From Auanema rhodensis (taxonomy: Eukaryota > Animalia > Nematoda): a stretch of 64,000 bases of DNA. The notes under the pieces are model-generated. The model saw only the letters and a list, made by a program, of their open reading frames with translations. It was not told the origin of the DNA and ran no database searches. Positions 38,348 through 54,400 of the stretch are shown here, one piece after another. The position numbers and the translations under genes are program-made. The stretch lies in NCBI GenBank assembly GCA_964057225.1, contig OZ059895.1:6324001-6388000 (forward strand), written 5' to 3'. How positions within the stretch are numbered: position 1 is the stretch's first letter; each line of letters begins with the position of its first letter.

Positions 38348-38406
<59 letters not shown>
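38348..38406. repeat. (GA)n microsatellite
   Basis: Perfect GA run. Confidence 0.95.
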
Positions 38407-38411
<5 letters not shown>

Positions 38412-39256
38412 GGGGAAAAGAGAAGGAGGGAGAGATTGACGGGGGTGGGGGGGGGCAGTTGTGAGTGCATCTAGGGGAGATAGATGAGGTTAGAAAATTA
38501 CTTACATAACTATTTATGTTATGTATATAAGACTAGTCTGAATGACAGATTAAGGGCTACTTTCTGCAAATATTGAGGTTTTTAGAAGAGTAGGAATGAA
38601 AGATTATCCCATAAGATGACGAATAGTAACAGCATAATCTAATTTATATATCATAATAAATATTCATAAGTACGGGGACCTGAGACGAATAACTTGACGG
38701 AAAACATAAGAAGAAAGGATGATCGTTGATAGCCAGAAAAGTTTTCCAAAAAAACAATTCGTAGGCTACCAACGGTGCCCAAGGACCATTTCAAAACTTA
38801 AAAAAATCCAGAGACATGTGAGACTATTAAGAGAATTAACAGGAAAAGAATAAGTTCTTGATGGTAGTTGGTGTTATCCATTGATTTAGACATCATCTGA
38901 TGATTGCTCTTGCTTTTATGAATAAAGAATGAACAGTTCATCCTAGTACGGTCAATTAGTGAGAGAGAGAGAGAAGAGGTGGAGGGACGGTGGTGTATGG
39001 GAACAGAGAAAAAGTATGAGGGTGAGATGACAAGATGAAACAAGAGAATGTCGAGCACGAACACAAAAAATAAAACAAAAGAATCTAGCTTATGTTATAA
39101 TCAGCAGCACACGAGATATCAGACACGGGAAGAAAAAGACCGGTTGGTAGACCCAAAGATACGATAGTTGAGGCAGACAAAAAGAGAAAAGGAGAGTGAG
39201 AAATTGGCAGAAAGAGGGGAAGTAAAGAGAGATAGTGTTGATGAAGGAGAAGGGAT

Positions 39257-39259
<3 letters not shown>

Positions 39260-39300
<41 letters not shown>
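39260..39300. repeat. (GA)n microsatellite
   Basis: GA run with one interruption, in the gcy-28 3' UTR region. Confidence 0.9.
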
Positions 39301-39303
<3 letters not shown>

Positions 39304-39374
39304 GACAACAAGGTCTGAAAAAAAGAAAAGTATGGAAATTGGTGCAACAACATAGGCCCGTAAATGAATAAGAT

Positions 39375-42300
39375 CTAATCTCGGAACTCTGCACCAAAAT
39401 CCGGAATCTCAATGTCGCGATAGCCTTTGAGCCAATAGGTAGTCATTTTTCCTTTGCCTTTCATTTCTACATCTCCTCGTAAATCTAAGCGGAAACCTGG
39501 ATCACGAGTAAGTATATCATATGTATATGTGGATACATGAATTCGTAAAGCTGAAACGAAAGAAAATAATATGAGTAAGATATTCAAAACTAACGTAATC
39601 CATTGCTTTCCATACGACTAGATGTATTAACAGTATCTCCAAATAGACAGTAACGAGGCATTTTAGATCCAACAACTCCAGCGACAACAGAACCTTTAAT
39701 GAATATTATGATAACTAGAATAAACTATGAAGTTAGTACCTGAATGCATTCCGATACGAAGCTTCAATTGATCCTGAGGTCGATGACGAATGATGAAGTT
39801 CTTAACTTTATGTAATAAGGCTAAACTCATTTGAGCAATTTGTGAAGCATGATCTTCACGACGTTCTGGTAAACCAGAGACAACCATGTATGCATCGCCT
39901 AAACAGCATTATAAGTATATTAAAATAATTATATTTATAAAAGTATTATTGAAATAAACTCAAAACTTACCGATTGTTTCAACTTTGTATACTTTGAAGT
40001 TATCAACTACGCCATCAAATGCCAAATACAGGTCGTTCAGTAAAGTAACAACCTGTAGCGGCGTTGATTGGGAAGACAACGCGGTGAATCCAACAATATC
40101 AGAAAAGTAAATCGTGACTTGATCGTATGATTCAGCTTGAACAGCTCTACCAGCAATCAGCTGAAATGGAATCATTCAGATATGGCTTAAATGGTTACAA
40201 GTATGTACCTGATCTGCAACACTAGGTGGCAATAGCTGATGAAGCAAATCTTCGACTTTTTTCTTTTCAGCCAAATATTCTTGTGTTCGCTCTTCCACAA
40301 GACCCTCGAGATTGTTCGCATATTGTTCCATACGTTTGAGCAAGTTATCGACAAGATTAGCTGTTTCATTATCACGATTGAGACCTCTGACAACTTTACG
40401 GATAAACGACATTTCAGGTCGTTCATGAGGATCTTCAGCCCAACAGATATTCATTAAATCTATTAATGTTTGTGACTGAAAATATATTTTATAAATATTT
40501 AAAAGAAAAACCGTTGTTCATACCTTAAGCTCTTTTCCTTTAACGTCCTCATCTTCCTCTGGTGTTTCAGGTGTGTATGGACGGAATGATTCTTCATCAG
40601 AGTTTACCGGTTTCTTCACAAGTGTCACAATATCTGATAAAAGTAAATAATTAATTTTCATTATTGATTAAATTATTTTCAAATAAATTTAAAAGTCGAT
40701 CGATTGCACATTTGGATTTAATTTGAAATCAAAAGAATTTCCTCATTTTAAGTTTCAATTTATTTCATATTCTATTATGGAAAATAAAGAAATTATTACC
40801 TTTAGGTGTTAATTTATCATTCTGACTCCAGAAGACACCTCTTCGCCACAGCATTTCATGTAAAATAATAGCGAAAGAGTAAACATCTCCCTTTTGAGTA
40901 CCCATTGGAGGTGGTAAACTGTCACGTAACAATTCTGGTGATGTCCATAACATTCCTAAAAATTAAATTTTATATTAATTTAATAAAATAAAAAGAATTA
41001 CTTTTAAAATAAGCATGATCACCAAGATCTTCAATTGTTGGTTCCAGTTCTAATGAATGTAAGTTATGTAAACCAAAATCTGTCACCTATAGTATTCAAT
41101 TATATAAATTTTCATTTTTAATCTTTAGTTTACCTTAAGAACGAATCGACTATCAACAACACAATTGGAAGATTTTAAGCGACCGTGTGAACGAATTTCG
41201 CTATTGTGCAAGAAATACATACCCTATAGATTATACATAAAAACTTAAAACTTAGTAGATGTTCAATCACAAACCTTAACAAGATCGTGCAATAGAGAAT
41301 ATCTCATCATTTGATCTAATTCAATCTTATCATTCTCCAAAATATCTTCTAATGATCCTTTCGGACAGTATTCCGTAACAATACAATAATGAGGCGAGTC
41401 CAAACAGGCTCCCGTAAACCTGTTGAATGATAACTTTGAATCAGAGAGTATAATCAAGTTGCTTACCTAGTGATATGGTCATGTTGCAAGTCTTTCATCT
41501 TCTTCAGCTCCATCAATTGTGCTCGACTGAGATCAAGTTTTGGATATTTCTTCTGATCAACATTGAGCTTCTTGATAGCAACCATTGTGCCTTTGTATAC
41601 AGCTGTCTTTGTGTAAATTTGGCCGTTATTTTGGGCAATAGTTTCAGCTGATCCACCACTCTGAATCAAAAACATATTTGTTCATCTATCTAGCTGTATT
41701 GGGAGAACTCATGATCTCAACCATTACAATACTTACCCGGAGTGACATGGCCCCAAACGATGGTTTTCTATTTTTCAATGAAATGCTCTTCTTAGCCGCT
41801 AAATCATTGTCCTCTTCTTGGCTAATCTTCTTTCGATGTTCAGAAAGAGCAGTTGGAGAACTGATCCGTCGATTACCTTCACCAACTGACGGTAACCGGA
41901 AGTGAACTTCATTATTCAGAGGAGCACATTCACCGTCCTGAAGTAAAATGACGATCAGTATTGCATTGATGAAGAGAATTGCAAAAGTATTTTCCGGAAT
42001 TCTATCAAACTTTTGCTGACCTCAACTTCACGAAGAGTATCGACGTGATTCGAGCTGATGCCTCCATTCTTATCGCTATTAGGCGAGCTCTTCTTCCGAG
42101 TGAAAATGCTCAATTTACGATCAATCATAGCAGAGATTTTCCTGGTAGCTCCAGAGCTTGATGACCGCTGAAAAGGACAGAAAGCCATGAATGGTATCAA
42201 TCCTATAGAAAAGCTAGCAACACAATAGTTGCAAGCAGGTGAATCTTAGTAGTCTGCCTTGGCGTGAATCGTTTTTAAACTATTTCAAACTGAATGATCT

Positions 42301-45300
42301 CAAAATCGGAACAAAAATTGAAACAAGAAATCGACTACAAAATCAGAAATGTTGCATATCATAAAGCTAAGCTACCAAAAATTGGTTAAATCAGCGAAAG
42401 TTATACAGACAGGCCATGTGGGTATGGACAATACCAAATGAAATGCACCAATGAAAAAAACAATTTTGTTTCAAAGCTTTGTGACATCGAAGATGACGAG
42501 AAGATTAAATCTTTCATCTACTATCTATGGGAAAACGTGGAAATCGTTGTAGTAGCAGTAGTAGTAGTAGTTGAAGTTGTTGCTTACAATGCAGAAAGGA
42601 GAATAGAAACTTGAACGAGAGGATAGATAAACAGAAAAATCAAATTGAAGGTAAATGTATGAAGCTTGAGAACATTCCTGATGGCTTATGCCTATCTATG
42701 CAAGCTATGTTTGTAATGTCCTAATCGTAATAGAAGACAAGAAGAATGAAAAGTGACTAAACATCAACTAAATCTTTCGTGAAGAAGTTCTTTAAAACAA
42801 AAAGCAAAAGAAGACGATGAAAGATGCAAATCAACAGTTAACTCTATGGAATATTCTTCAATTATTCTTACCAATATTTCATAATTCCAATAGCATATAG
42901 AACATTGCGATAGAAATTCAAACTTTTGATAGAAGTAGATGTAGTAGAAGCATTAGAAGTACATATGAATTCACAATATTTACAGATACACACACACACA
43001 CACACACTGACTATATTTCTAGAAGAATCATACACGAATCGGATGTATAAGCAGCATCGGAGAAGCTTTTGATTAGTGGAGATGGTGACCTTGTGAGTGA
43101 ACGAAATCAGTATGCTTACGACTATAAGCATGTTCAGAAGGAAAGCTGCGGAGGAGAAAATATTGAAAATAAAAAAAGGAAAGAAAGAATAGAAACCGAA
43201 GAAACACGCGATACAGTGAGCTTGCAGCTTTAACTATTACTAGTGGATGGAATCGTGAAAATGCTCAGAGTTAAGATCATGGTAACTAGCATGACTCCTT
43301 GATTTTATGTTAAAACGTTAGGTGCAAAAATAAGAAAAAAAGCATATTTTTCTGGCAGAAAAGCACAAGACGCAGCGGAAAAACATACCAAACGTAATCG
43401 CATCGGTCCCACGATATCGTCCTCATACTGAAAATGGTAAGAAGCCGTAATAATAGTTAGAATGATGATAAATGCGAAAAAGGTGATTAGGAAATGGATG
43501 AGTGCTAGAGCATTGTATTAAGAATTTGTTAAGTAAAAGATGATTGAAAAGAATATAATGGAATTGGGTCAAACTAAGTAGCTATGCAGTTGAAACTTAT
43601 ATGAAAATGAAAGTTAGAACATAGCCTCAGGGCTATTTTAAAACTTTTTCTTTCTAAAGGTTTCGAAGCAGATTGGGGACGCTATTGATAGAAATCCGTT
43701 CCAGGTAAATAATGTTCTTTATACATCATGGAGAGGTTGGCACGGCACATGGGGCTAGCACTAAGGGGAGCAGATTGCAGCAGCTATGAGGGAGTTAGCA
43801 AAAATTGGCGGTTTAAGTTCAAACTAAGCATAACTATCTAGATTCTAACACAGAAGAAATAACCAAATTTCAAATTCAAAGAAGCATATAAGCGTAAGTT
43901 TGGCAAATAAGTACACTATAAACTACATGCACTCTCATACAGTCAGAGTACTCTGAACAACTTCTACAAAGGCTCAAATTTCTAGACAATCAGCATTTCA
44001 TAAGAGAAACGACTAAGAATTTCAAAATATTTGATCAAGAAAAAGATTAATGAAGAAATAGCAGTATAATGAGCTGTAATTCATAAGTGCTACTGAAAGT
44101 TTCATCGACAGCATTTTAGAATTGATGGCAAAAGAATGAAAAGATTTTCAATTGAGAGTTCATAAAGTGAGATAGAGAGAAAGAGAGAAAGAAAGAAAGA
44201 GAGAGACTCATGCCTATTGACCTTCTGACTAGCAAAGTTCCGATGACGAACCTTGTCCGAGTTAGCACTCGAGCGTGAATTCGAACGGAGAAGCGCCTCC
44301 GATTCCGGATAGTTTCCGTCGTTCCGTTTGGATTTCTTCGATCGTCGTTTTTCTTTCTGAAACACAAGGCAGCACCATGGATGGAAGAAAAAAGATTTGA
44401 TTTGAATACAAACAGGTATATAGGTGGTAGGTAGAGGGAAAATATGAAAACATTGTGAGAAATGAACTATTTGAGAAAAGATATGTGCACATGAGTAGTT
44501 GTTTTTTCTTTTATTCCTTTTAATATAATTATAAAAATTAAAAAAAAATATAATTAGAAAAGGAATAAATGAAAAGAAAACTACAAAGAAACATGATATA
44601 TGTATATATTTCTAAAAATTTGTATAGAATATACTAATAAACTAGTATTTTATCACAAAATTTAAGAAATAATAAAAATAATTCTTATAAAATGTGATAA
44701 AAAATAAAAATTTAAATGAAAATTTTGTGTTAAAAAGGAAGAAAGGTGGAAAAAAAAGTAAATACACGCATATGCACACATATACATTCACACAAGGTTT
44801 TAACTACTTTGTTAAAATGAAATTAATACTTTCTATCTATCAAACAAACAAAAAAACAAAAGAAAAAAGAAAAGTGAAGTAAAATATTTGAATTAATTTA
44901 ACATACATACACACGCGCATACATAGAAAAAGTTTAAAAAAATAACAGAAAAAACGAGTAAATAGTGTGAAAATGAAAGATTTAAAAGGAAAATCTAGGT
45001 TAGTTCTTGATTAATTAACAAAAAAAGAAAGAATGGTTAGCAAAATGTGGTGCGTGAAGTGAAGAAAAACTATGCGAATTAGTACTAATGTGTGTAAAAA
45101 GCTTTTTGAAAACATAAAACTATGTGTTTAATGCTAATTATATGATATGTTTAATAGAAAATAAAAATAAATTATTTAGAAAATAAAATAACTAAAAAGG
45201 ATTATAATCAAAATTAAATTGGACCATATGTTTAATAAAAAAAAAAGATATGAACTTACCTTTTGCTGATCTTCGCCATCCAGCTCTTCCCAACGAATTT

Positions 45301-47653
45301 TCCATGACATAGCAGCTAGTTCTTGCTCGAGCTTGTAACGTCTACAAGTATAAGAAGTAAGTATTTTTATTGAAAAAAGAGAATAAATATTTCAAAAATA
45401 CCTCCAAAAAACAAAGAAGAATATTAATAGCAATAGAATAATACCAGCAGCAGCTGCTAAGAGATAATAATGAAGTGGATAGCCCTGTAAATTATGATAA
45501 ATGAATGATCATGATGTGTAATCATCGGTAATATTGTTTCAAAAAAGTTTCTAAAGCTCATACCTTGGGACATTTGCTATTATCATAGCCGCAGATAGGT
45601 GAATCCCGAGGAGGATTATTACCAATCCAGTGAAAATCTGTTACCAGCTCTAATACATTTTTAGCTCCAGAATAATATGCTACTTCCTATAATATAATGA
45701 AAATTAACTTTTAAGTTACAAAATTTCTTAAAATAGCATATAAATCATGAAACTTACAACAAATCTACCCTGATTTGAATCCAAGTCGAGCAGTGAATAG
45801 TCTGAATATCGATCGCCGTTGGAATCAATCGATACATTACCCGTGATACCTGGAAAAATAATTATGGAAATTTAATATTAAATTAAATAATTTTATAATT
45901 TATATAATAAAGAACATACCGACGAATGTTCTGCCCCACATTTTGCTGGTTATATTATGACCATTCCTAGGATCCATTCCAGCAGCTATTGTCTCATTTA
46001 AAGCTATAGCATATAGAAGAACGGCATCATAGAAGGCACTTATAAAATTGTTCATCTGTAAATTCAATTATTCTTTTATTTTATTTTTTTTTAAATTAAA
46101 ATTTAAAAAAATTAATTTTCACTTACCTCATACTCTTTGCCTGTTTTTCGTGAATAATTATATTTGCTCTCAGCTCGCTCTTTGACTCGTGTTTCGAAAT
46201 TTTTATATTCGTCTAGATCACTTCTGAAATAATTATAAAGGTCAATAATATTTTCTTAAATATTTGAATATTAATATTGTTTTAGATGAATTTTCCCTCA
46301 ATTCTTTGCCAAATAAGTAAGTCATCAAAGCTGCTATAACAACTACTTGTTCTATTAATTTTCGAAAATATTTGATTAACTTTATGAGGGGAAAACCCTT
46401 TTTCTTGTCTCTCTCTCTCTTTTACCACTGGAGTGCAATAAGCTAAATGCATCATTCTCTTTCCGTTCCCTTCGTCAACTATTTTATGATTTTTCAAGAA
46501 CAATAAAATGCTACCTTCTTAATGAAATGGTCTTTAACGCTTTATAGGCTTCCTTGGCTTTTTCATTCTCTTCGGAATTTGTCTCATTCGTTCGAGTCCA
46601 TGGCTTTTCAGCGTGTGATCTGCAACAAAAATATTAAAGATTTTCAAATGATGAGAGATTGAAGCAAGAGATAGAGACGGGGAGAAGCCTGAGGCGAAGA
46701 GAGGACAAGATTTTCAAAGAGAAAGAAGTATGTGAGTACGAGGGTAAATTAAGACCAAGAAGAAGATTCCCTCGGAAATCCTTAATCATTTATGAGAATT
46801 TTCTATTTGTGCTCATGAGATTAAGCTGACTCAGACTAAAGTAGTTTAAAATATTTAGTTCTCGTCTTTTCTATTCTATAAATAGAATACATTTACCATC
46901 TGCTGTTTAAATCCGTCAGGTCAATGCGTCAAACATTGCTATCTAAACGCTTTTTTTCTGTTCAAATTGAAGAACAAATTAGTTTTTCATAAGCTCACAA
47001 TGATTTACAAGCTTCGGATTACAACTATGATAATAAGGTTTTTAAAGAAATGCTCATGCTCTTCACATACACTATTTCAAATCTTTTCTTCACAATTGAT
47101 TCTGCTCATCATCCAATTATTCCCATGATACAAAGAAAAGCAGAGAAAAAGAATGAAAATCTTCATGAAAACAGAATCTTGTCAATTGCAAATCTTGCAG
47201 ATATCCATATAAGAAATTCTATTTTCCTATGTCTTAGTAACAAAGTGTTCGATGAGCTGAACAATTCGCATGGTTTCGTTATTTCATTTGAACCATAGAA
47301 GTACGAACTCAAAAAATTCAAAAAACTTCTTTTCGTTGGGCAATTGGAAACAGAATACACTAGGGGGATGAAAGGAAAATGATTTATGACATAGAAACTG
47401 AGTGATTTATATTCTCGACCAAACATCTTTTCTATATCAGTACATTTCCAAATTACAGAATATATTTGACTAAAATTATTTTTTTTTCTGTTTTCCTTTT
47501 TTCCACTTCAAATACTTATCATGTAATGTAAAATCCCTTGAAATTTGAATAAACAAGTGTGTCAAATACTATGAAAAGTGGAGAAGCCAGTATGAAATGG
47601 AAGAATGTCAGAGTGGTCATCCCAGCTTAGAAGAGGAGCGTCAACGTTTACAC

Positions 47654-47700
<47 letters not shown>

Positions 47701-49059
47701 TATCTCTTTTTATCTTATGTGTATATAAAGACTTTGTCGTCCCTTTTTAACATCTATAAAGCTTGATCTCATCTGATCTATCTCATCATTTTCAAAAGAT
47801 TATTCACAGACGTCACCCTTTCCCGCAATTTTTGTTGAACAATTTTTAGGATTGAGATTGTTGAGTATAATAATGATTATGATGAATGAAAATTCTATTC
47901 TCACCTTCAGAATATAAATATGTATACATGCATTATGAAAAAGGATCAAATAAATTGGAAACGCTATACTCTATTTCAGCTATTTACATATTATACAACA
48001 TGTATGATGATAGCCTCTTGAATATTATTTGCTTCAAATTTAGAAATTGGAAATAAAAAAGAAAAGAGTTATATCAGACAGATTAAGAAAATACGTTTCA
48101 CACCTGTAATTCAAAAGAAAATGAAAAACTATTTGACATACCCGGTAGAGACATCGATATTGATGAAGACGTAGTCGCCAGAAGTAGCCATGCCAAGCTC
48201 GTGAGCTGCCAGCATGATCTCTCGAACAGTATCCGGTGAAGCACATAATATGATCACTGAAAATATAAATAATGAGTATATGGAATAACATGAAATATGT
48301 TGTTTTTCCTTATTTTATCCTAATCATTATAAGAATTTGTTTATATATTAAGATAAAGTTCATTTGCTTTATGATGTCAATGAAGCTATTTTCATTTTCC
48401 ATGTTGTATGAATAGATTTGTTTAAAAGAAGAAATACCCTATGTATTAGTTGCTTCAACTAAACTCAAGCTATTTAAGGATGAAGTAGTCAGATAGACAT
48501 GAGCATATTTCGTTTTTAAAGTAGCCGACAGATTATTATCAAGGGAATAAGAGGTTATATAGAGAAAGAACATCAACTAGTCAATGAATGAATACTGCAA
48601 AAGTCTTTTTTTCTTTAAGTTTTAAATTAAGATTTTACATATCATTTTCAATAATAAAATATTTATTTATATTAATTATATGTATATAGTTAATATTAAA
48701 GATTTATAATAATAAAAAACATAATTTGTCATAAGAATGTAAGAAAATTATTTTTTTTTATTTTCTATGTATTAAACTAAAAAAAAAAGAAATGAAAGAA
48801 ACAAAATAGAAAGAATATTCGAACAAAAAAATTATTTTTATTCTTTTTTTTGTTATTTTTCATATTTTCCCACAAAAATTTACGGAAAAAAGTTAATTTT
48901 TCAATTTTATTGGTTTCTTGGTCAACAATATGAAAAACATCCTGCTTATTGTCTGGCAGCTTTTTCACATCGGACAACTTGCTCATCATTTTTGCTCAAG
49001 ACGGAGATAAAGATAGATAGATAGCTGGAGATAGATAGATAGAGAGATAGAGATAGAGA

Positions 49060-49110
<51 letters not shown>

Positions 49111-51426
49111 AAAAAAGATTCATTCTTCTTTTCCTCGCCATATTTCTACTTCAAACAGTAAAGTTAAGAAAAATAAAATCAAAAACGACAAATGGTTGGA
49201 GAAACAAAAGTTATTCATGATGATCAAGAAAAAGTAAATAAAAAACAAAATTGTAAAAGAACCAATTGGATATTTCAAAGTTATTTTCTCAGAAATTATA
49301 TTCACTGGCCTTGACATCTCATTTTCTAAAGTTTTTTTGAATATTGTTTTCATTGTAGTTCTTAGAATAGTTGTTCATATATCTCTCTTGTCATCATAAT
49401 ATTTCAATTATTTCAAGTTCATGAGTCAAATATCCGATTCTTCGTTTATGCTTAGCTTGAGATTGAAAAGGATATGCTATGTTATAGATTGTTCCCTTTG
49501 TGATTCTACTCCAACATCATTTTCATTTGTTTCAACCTGAGACCTCACAAGGCATACACAGAGACAATGTAGAGAGAAAGCATGCGAGAAACTGATCATA
49601 CCCGATTGCTTTTCCAACTCTCCGTATCAGATATCATGTGCAAACGAGAATTTAGTATAATGCCAGAAGAAACACAAAAGTATACTTTCTAATACATTTA
49701 TAAATATGAAAAGTTCAACTTTTAAAGTTTCTTAAAACAACAGCATTAATTAATATATTTTAAGAAACTTTAAATATGAAATTTGTTGAATAAGTCTTTT
49801 CTTCCCAATAATATTATAAAGAAAAGAAAAGAAAGAAAGAAAGAAAGATGTAGAAGAGAATATAATTAAGTCAAATCTTTCTTCCAATCACCCCCCTCCC
49901 CTCCTTTTCCTTACTTCTCTTCTTATAGCATGCTCTTCTGTTAAAACATTTCTCAACGTTTTCACATCTTAGAACAATGCTGTAAGGTTCGTCTGATTGT
50001 GTATGACTTCGATAATAGAGCAGCATAAAGCATTTCTACAGCATTTTGTGATCTAATATCTCATTTGTCACACAGTTGTTGAACGGTACTTTAGATATAC
50101 AATGCCTCATTTGGCGACAGAAGTTCTATTGGGAAAATGCGAAATGGCAACATCTTCAAGATATATCTTCGTCTTCATCGCTGGTCCAACAAAGAATTGA
50201 CGACATCAAAGTATTACATTCATCAATGCAACCGACGTCCGAATGGCCAACTAATGAATACGGAACTGAATGAAGACATAGAAAAGAGAAAGAATCCGGA
50301 AACTTCCGCATTTCAAGCCTTTCAGCCTTGCGTCTTCGATTAAGCTGAATTTTGTGTGAAGTGAGAGCCAAATCAAGAGTCAAAAATGGGATTGTTTTCG
50401 ATTTTCGTTTTAAACAATTTCATTCAAATACACAGGATAAGGTAGGTGGGAAAATGACAACAAGAAACTTGAATCACAAATGGTTTTCGTTTGTTATAAT
50501 CGAAAACAAGCTTGAAGCTATTCAACTCTTGGACCTCTGAGCTACATCTTTCATGCTTAGATGACCCAACTGAATGAAATAGCTTCATGTAGCCGTTGGA
50601 CATTGTTACTCAAATGAAGCATCTTCATTTCCAAGTTGAAGCAAGATCGGAAACAAACAATTTCAAAGATTTCGGAGAAAAATGCTTTAATCACTTCATC
50701 TATGCTCGTTGCCTAAGGGCTTTTTTCATCAAAACTATGAAAAGGTTTAAACGAAACATAATGTAAAAGCATAGGTCAAGTTCCTCATTTAATTGGTAAA
50801 AGAAGAAAGCAGGAGAAAGGGTAGATAGAAGATGATGTTCTAACACTAAGCTAAGTGATGACTTCAATGAGTATGAATGGGAAAAGAGAATGGTATATTA
50901 GCTAAACGAATAATCAAATTGAGAGCTTAAAAGCCTTCTAAACTAGAAATTGAAATAGCTAATCATTGTCTTGAAATACATGAGACAACGAGATACAATA
51001 GCTATACTTATAGTATAAGAATCATTATATGATTCTTGAAGTTAAGATTTTCAATTGTATTCACATGAAATAAGAAATAGCAGAGCTTTGTTAGAACTAT
51101 GCTTGTCCCTTATACGCTGTGTCTCATGTCCCCGTTCGGCGTTCAAGTATGTGAAAGGATGTATGTGTATGAAACTCTTTTTTTTTAATTGTTGCCATAG
51201 AGAGTTGGATGCTGAATAACTAGAAATCACACTGAAAAGCCGTTGAACCATAAATTTCTGTATTGTTCAGTCAAGAGAGAATGAGAATTGGGGGTGCAAG
51301 GAGACATTTTCAGAATTTCCCTTTGTCCTTATATCGACATCATCGTTGTCGCCTTCCCTCTCCCGAAATGTTGAGATGATAGAAGGAAGAAAGAAAGAAA
51401 TAGAAACAAGATAGAGATATAAATAA

Positions 51427-51469
<43 letters not shown>

Positions 51470-54400
51470 AAGAGAGAGAGAATTGCTGATATTCTATTAG
51501 TAATGTTTTATGAGCAGTAGCACTAGTAGTAGCAACACGACATGTACTAATCTCATATTTTTCTTTCTTTTTCTTCTTCATAAAATACTTTCATAATATC
51601 TTAAATAGGAAATTCTAATGTTAATTCATCACGTTATAGCATCATAATTATCATTTCTAATAACACATAAACCGATAAATGATGTGCTGCTGGTTATATT
51701 ACATGCAACTTTAAAGTTTAGTTTATCGTATAAAACTTATATTTCAAATACAAGATCGAAGACATATTCGCGTTTTACTTCAAACAAATTTCATTTTTCT
51801 TTCTTTTCAAAGGATCTACTTTCTCTTCCTTCATCTCCCCTTTCATTCCCGCCCCTTTTCTTCGTAATCGTCCTTCATCTAAGGCATTCTAAGAGAATGT
51901 CGTTTCCTATTCAGGCTCATGATCAATGAGCTCTCTTAGATTACTTTAGTACCTGAACTTTCAACGATCTAAGAATAAAATTCATCTATCTCTCAATAGG
52001 TAAAACATATAAACATACACAGCACTTTCACAACAAAAGAAGAATGTTATGTGATGTGATGATGATGTGTTGATTTCTCATACATGGCACAACTATACCT
52101 TCAAGTTCAGAAATACTAATAGGGGGCAAACATATTAGTTGGAGATTCATGTTAATTAATTCAGAATCGTTTAAACTTTGCTAAGTTGTGATTGTTACAA
52201 CCCAACATCACTACTTCGCCCCTCAGTTTCAAAGAAGGTGGTCGTTGTATTAGTGTTGGCTGATGATGATGATGACGACGATCGTCGTCGTCGTCGTCTT
52301 AATACATCTCGATACCATCTCCAACCATAATTATCCATATTTTGCCTCTTTTTGCTAATAGCTTTTACTTTGAACGTAAGTATTAAGAAGTTTGAAAAAA
52401 CGAGAAAACGAGTTATTCTTCAATGAAGCAAAAGAAAAAAAGAAAAAATGGATGTCATCATCATTTGAAATGATGACGATGAGACATGGATGGATGGATA
52501 GATGGTCGTTGTTACAACTAGATGACAAAGTGTTGTGCTACCTCTTCAGTAGCGAAAGAAAGAAGAAACAGAAAGTATTCGGAAGCATGAATAGAATCAT
52601 TCAAAACACCTTCTAGAGGCCAATTGTCGTTATACTGGCAAAAAGGATTCTTTGTTGCTTTTGCAGATGATGATGATGATTATGAGGGCAGCTAGCATGA
52701 CGACAGTGAGTAGAATATTGAAGAGACAAAGGTGTTTATGATGATGGTAATGTCATCATCATTGACATCAATCTCAATACCTTTGACAGATCCATTCTCT
52801 AAGCTTTATAAAGTCAAAGAAGAGGAAAACATTAAAAAAATCATAAATAAGTTGTAAAGAATAGATGAAACAATGAAAAAGTAATAGAATGATGATGATA
52901 ATGCAAATTCATTCACATGATTGACTGACTGAAATTGAATAAACTCATATAATCTGTATTGTTCTTATATTTAATCAAAAAATTATGTTTCAAAAATTAT
53001 TAAAATAATTCAAATATGTAAAAATTAATATTTAAATTATTAAAAAAATATAAAATTATATGAAAACTTTGTTTTTCTACTCCTTATTCGTCTTTTGTTT
53101 CTGGAACATTTAAGCAGAACAAAATTTGTACAAATGATATAAAAGGAAAAAAAGACTGAGAACAAGATGCTTTAGCTCAACCTGCAGCATTATTTCTGAA
53201 AATTGCCTTTTACTTCTTCCCTTTTTCCTCATTTTCTGCTCTCAATCAGACAACAAAAGATAATTACAGGGTTATGGATGAGGTAAAGTAGCCGGGCAGT
53301 ATGCTCGTGTAATGCGAGAAAGAACAAAAAAAGATTCGTTGATGTTGGAGCAAGCAACTTGCTAGTTGGCAAGCCAACTCGAAAGGGTAATTACATGTGT
53401 GTCATGTGGCTGTGTGGCCATGTACGATATTAAAAGAACGACAACGAGGAAAAAAATTCGAATTTCCTGAATCTGAACTGATGGAAAGGTTGAGCAATAG
53501 TTGAAGCATATGTAAGGATATATTAAACTTATAAAACTTTCTAAGAAATCAGCCACAATTCGCAAGTGCAATATGGAAATTCACAAATTGGAGTATTGAG
53601 TATTCTGAGCAAAATGATTTAACGGATGTCGTCAAACGTTCGGCCAAAATATTCAAAAATGAGGAAACACAAGACAAAAGTGAAAGATTTTGTTGAGAAT
53701 AATGAAGCGTTGAAAGAAAGAGAGGAAGAAAGATGATGAAGCACACGAAAAGCAGACGAAGTTTCAAGATGTGCGTGCATCAAGCTTGAAGAAAAAAAAC
53801 AGAAAATGATGTTCAACGAAGGATATGACATGGAATTCAGTATAGTATATACTTCACATCCGTTTTTTGCCATCTATCTTGCCATTTTTAGATCTTTCTT
53901 GATCTAGCTTTTGCCTCTCTCTACATATCTCTTTACTATGCCGTTGTCCAACTAGCCACCAAACAGAAGAGGTTCAAATGAAAAACAGAAATAAAAACGG
54001 CATAGAAGATGTAACCGATTGAGCAAAAACAACAGCGAGAACAGCCGGAACACAAGGTGGAAGATGGTGAGAATAACGAAACCGACTCACAACAGCAGAG
54101 TTATGTATGCAAGTAAATCTTCAGAGAGAAAGAGTGAAAGAAACATGAGGCGAACATTCTGGGGAGAGAATGTTGAGCAGCATGGAAATGCAAATTGAGC
54201 TCTGAACGGACATTGGCAGAAGAAGATGAACAGGATAAAACCAAAACCAAACACACAGAGATGCTTAGCGGATGAAAAATAAATTTTTCTTTCTTAAAAA
54301 AAGTCAAATGTAATACGGAAGTTTGCTGTTCCAACAGTGGATTCTATAGATTTTCGACTTTTTCTTCAGTCTGCTCGGATGATTTAGATTTAGATTGATG

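Noticed and set aside
50076-50383. Overlapping short ORFs in the large gcy-28 intron
   Set aside because: No coherent exon chain or homology found by eye.
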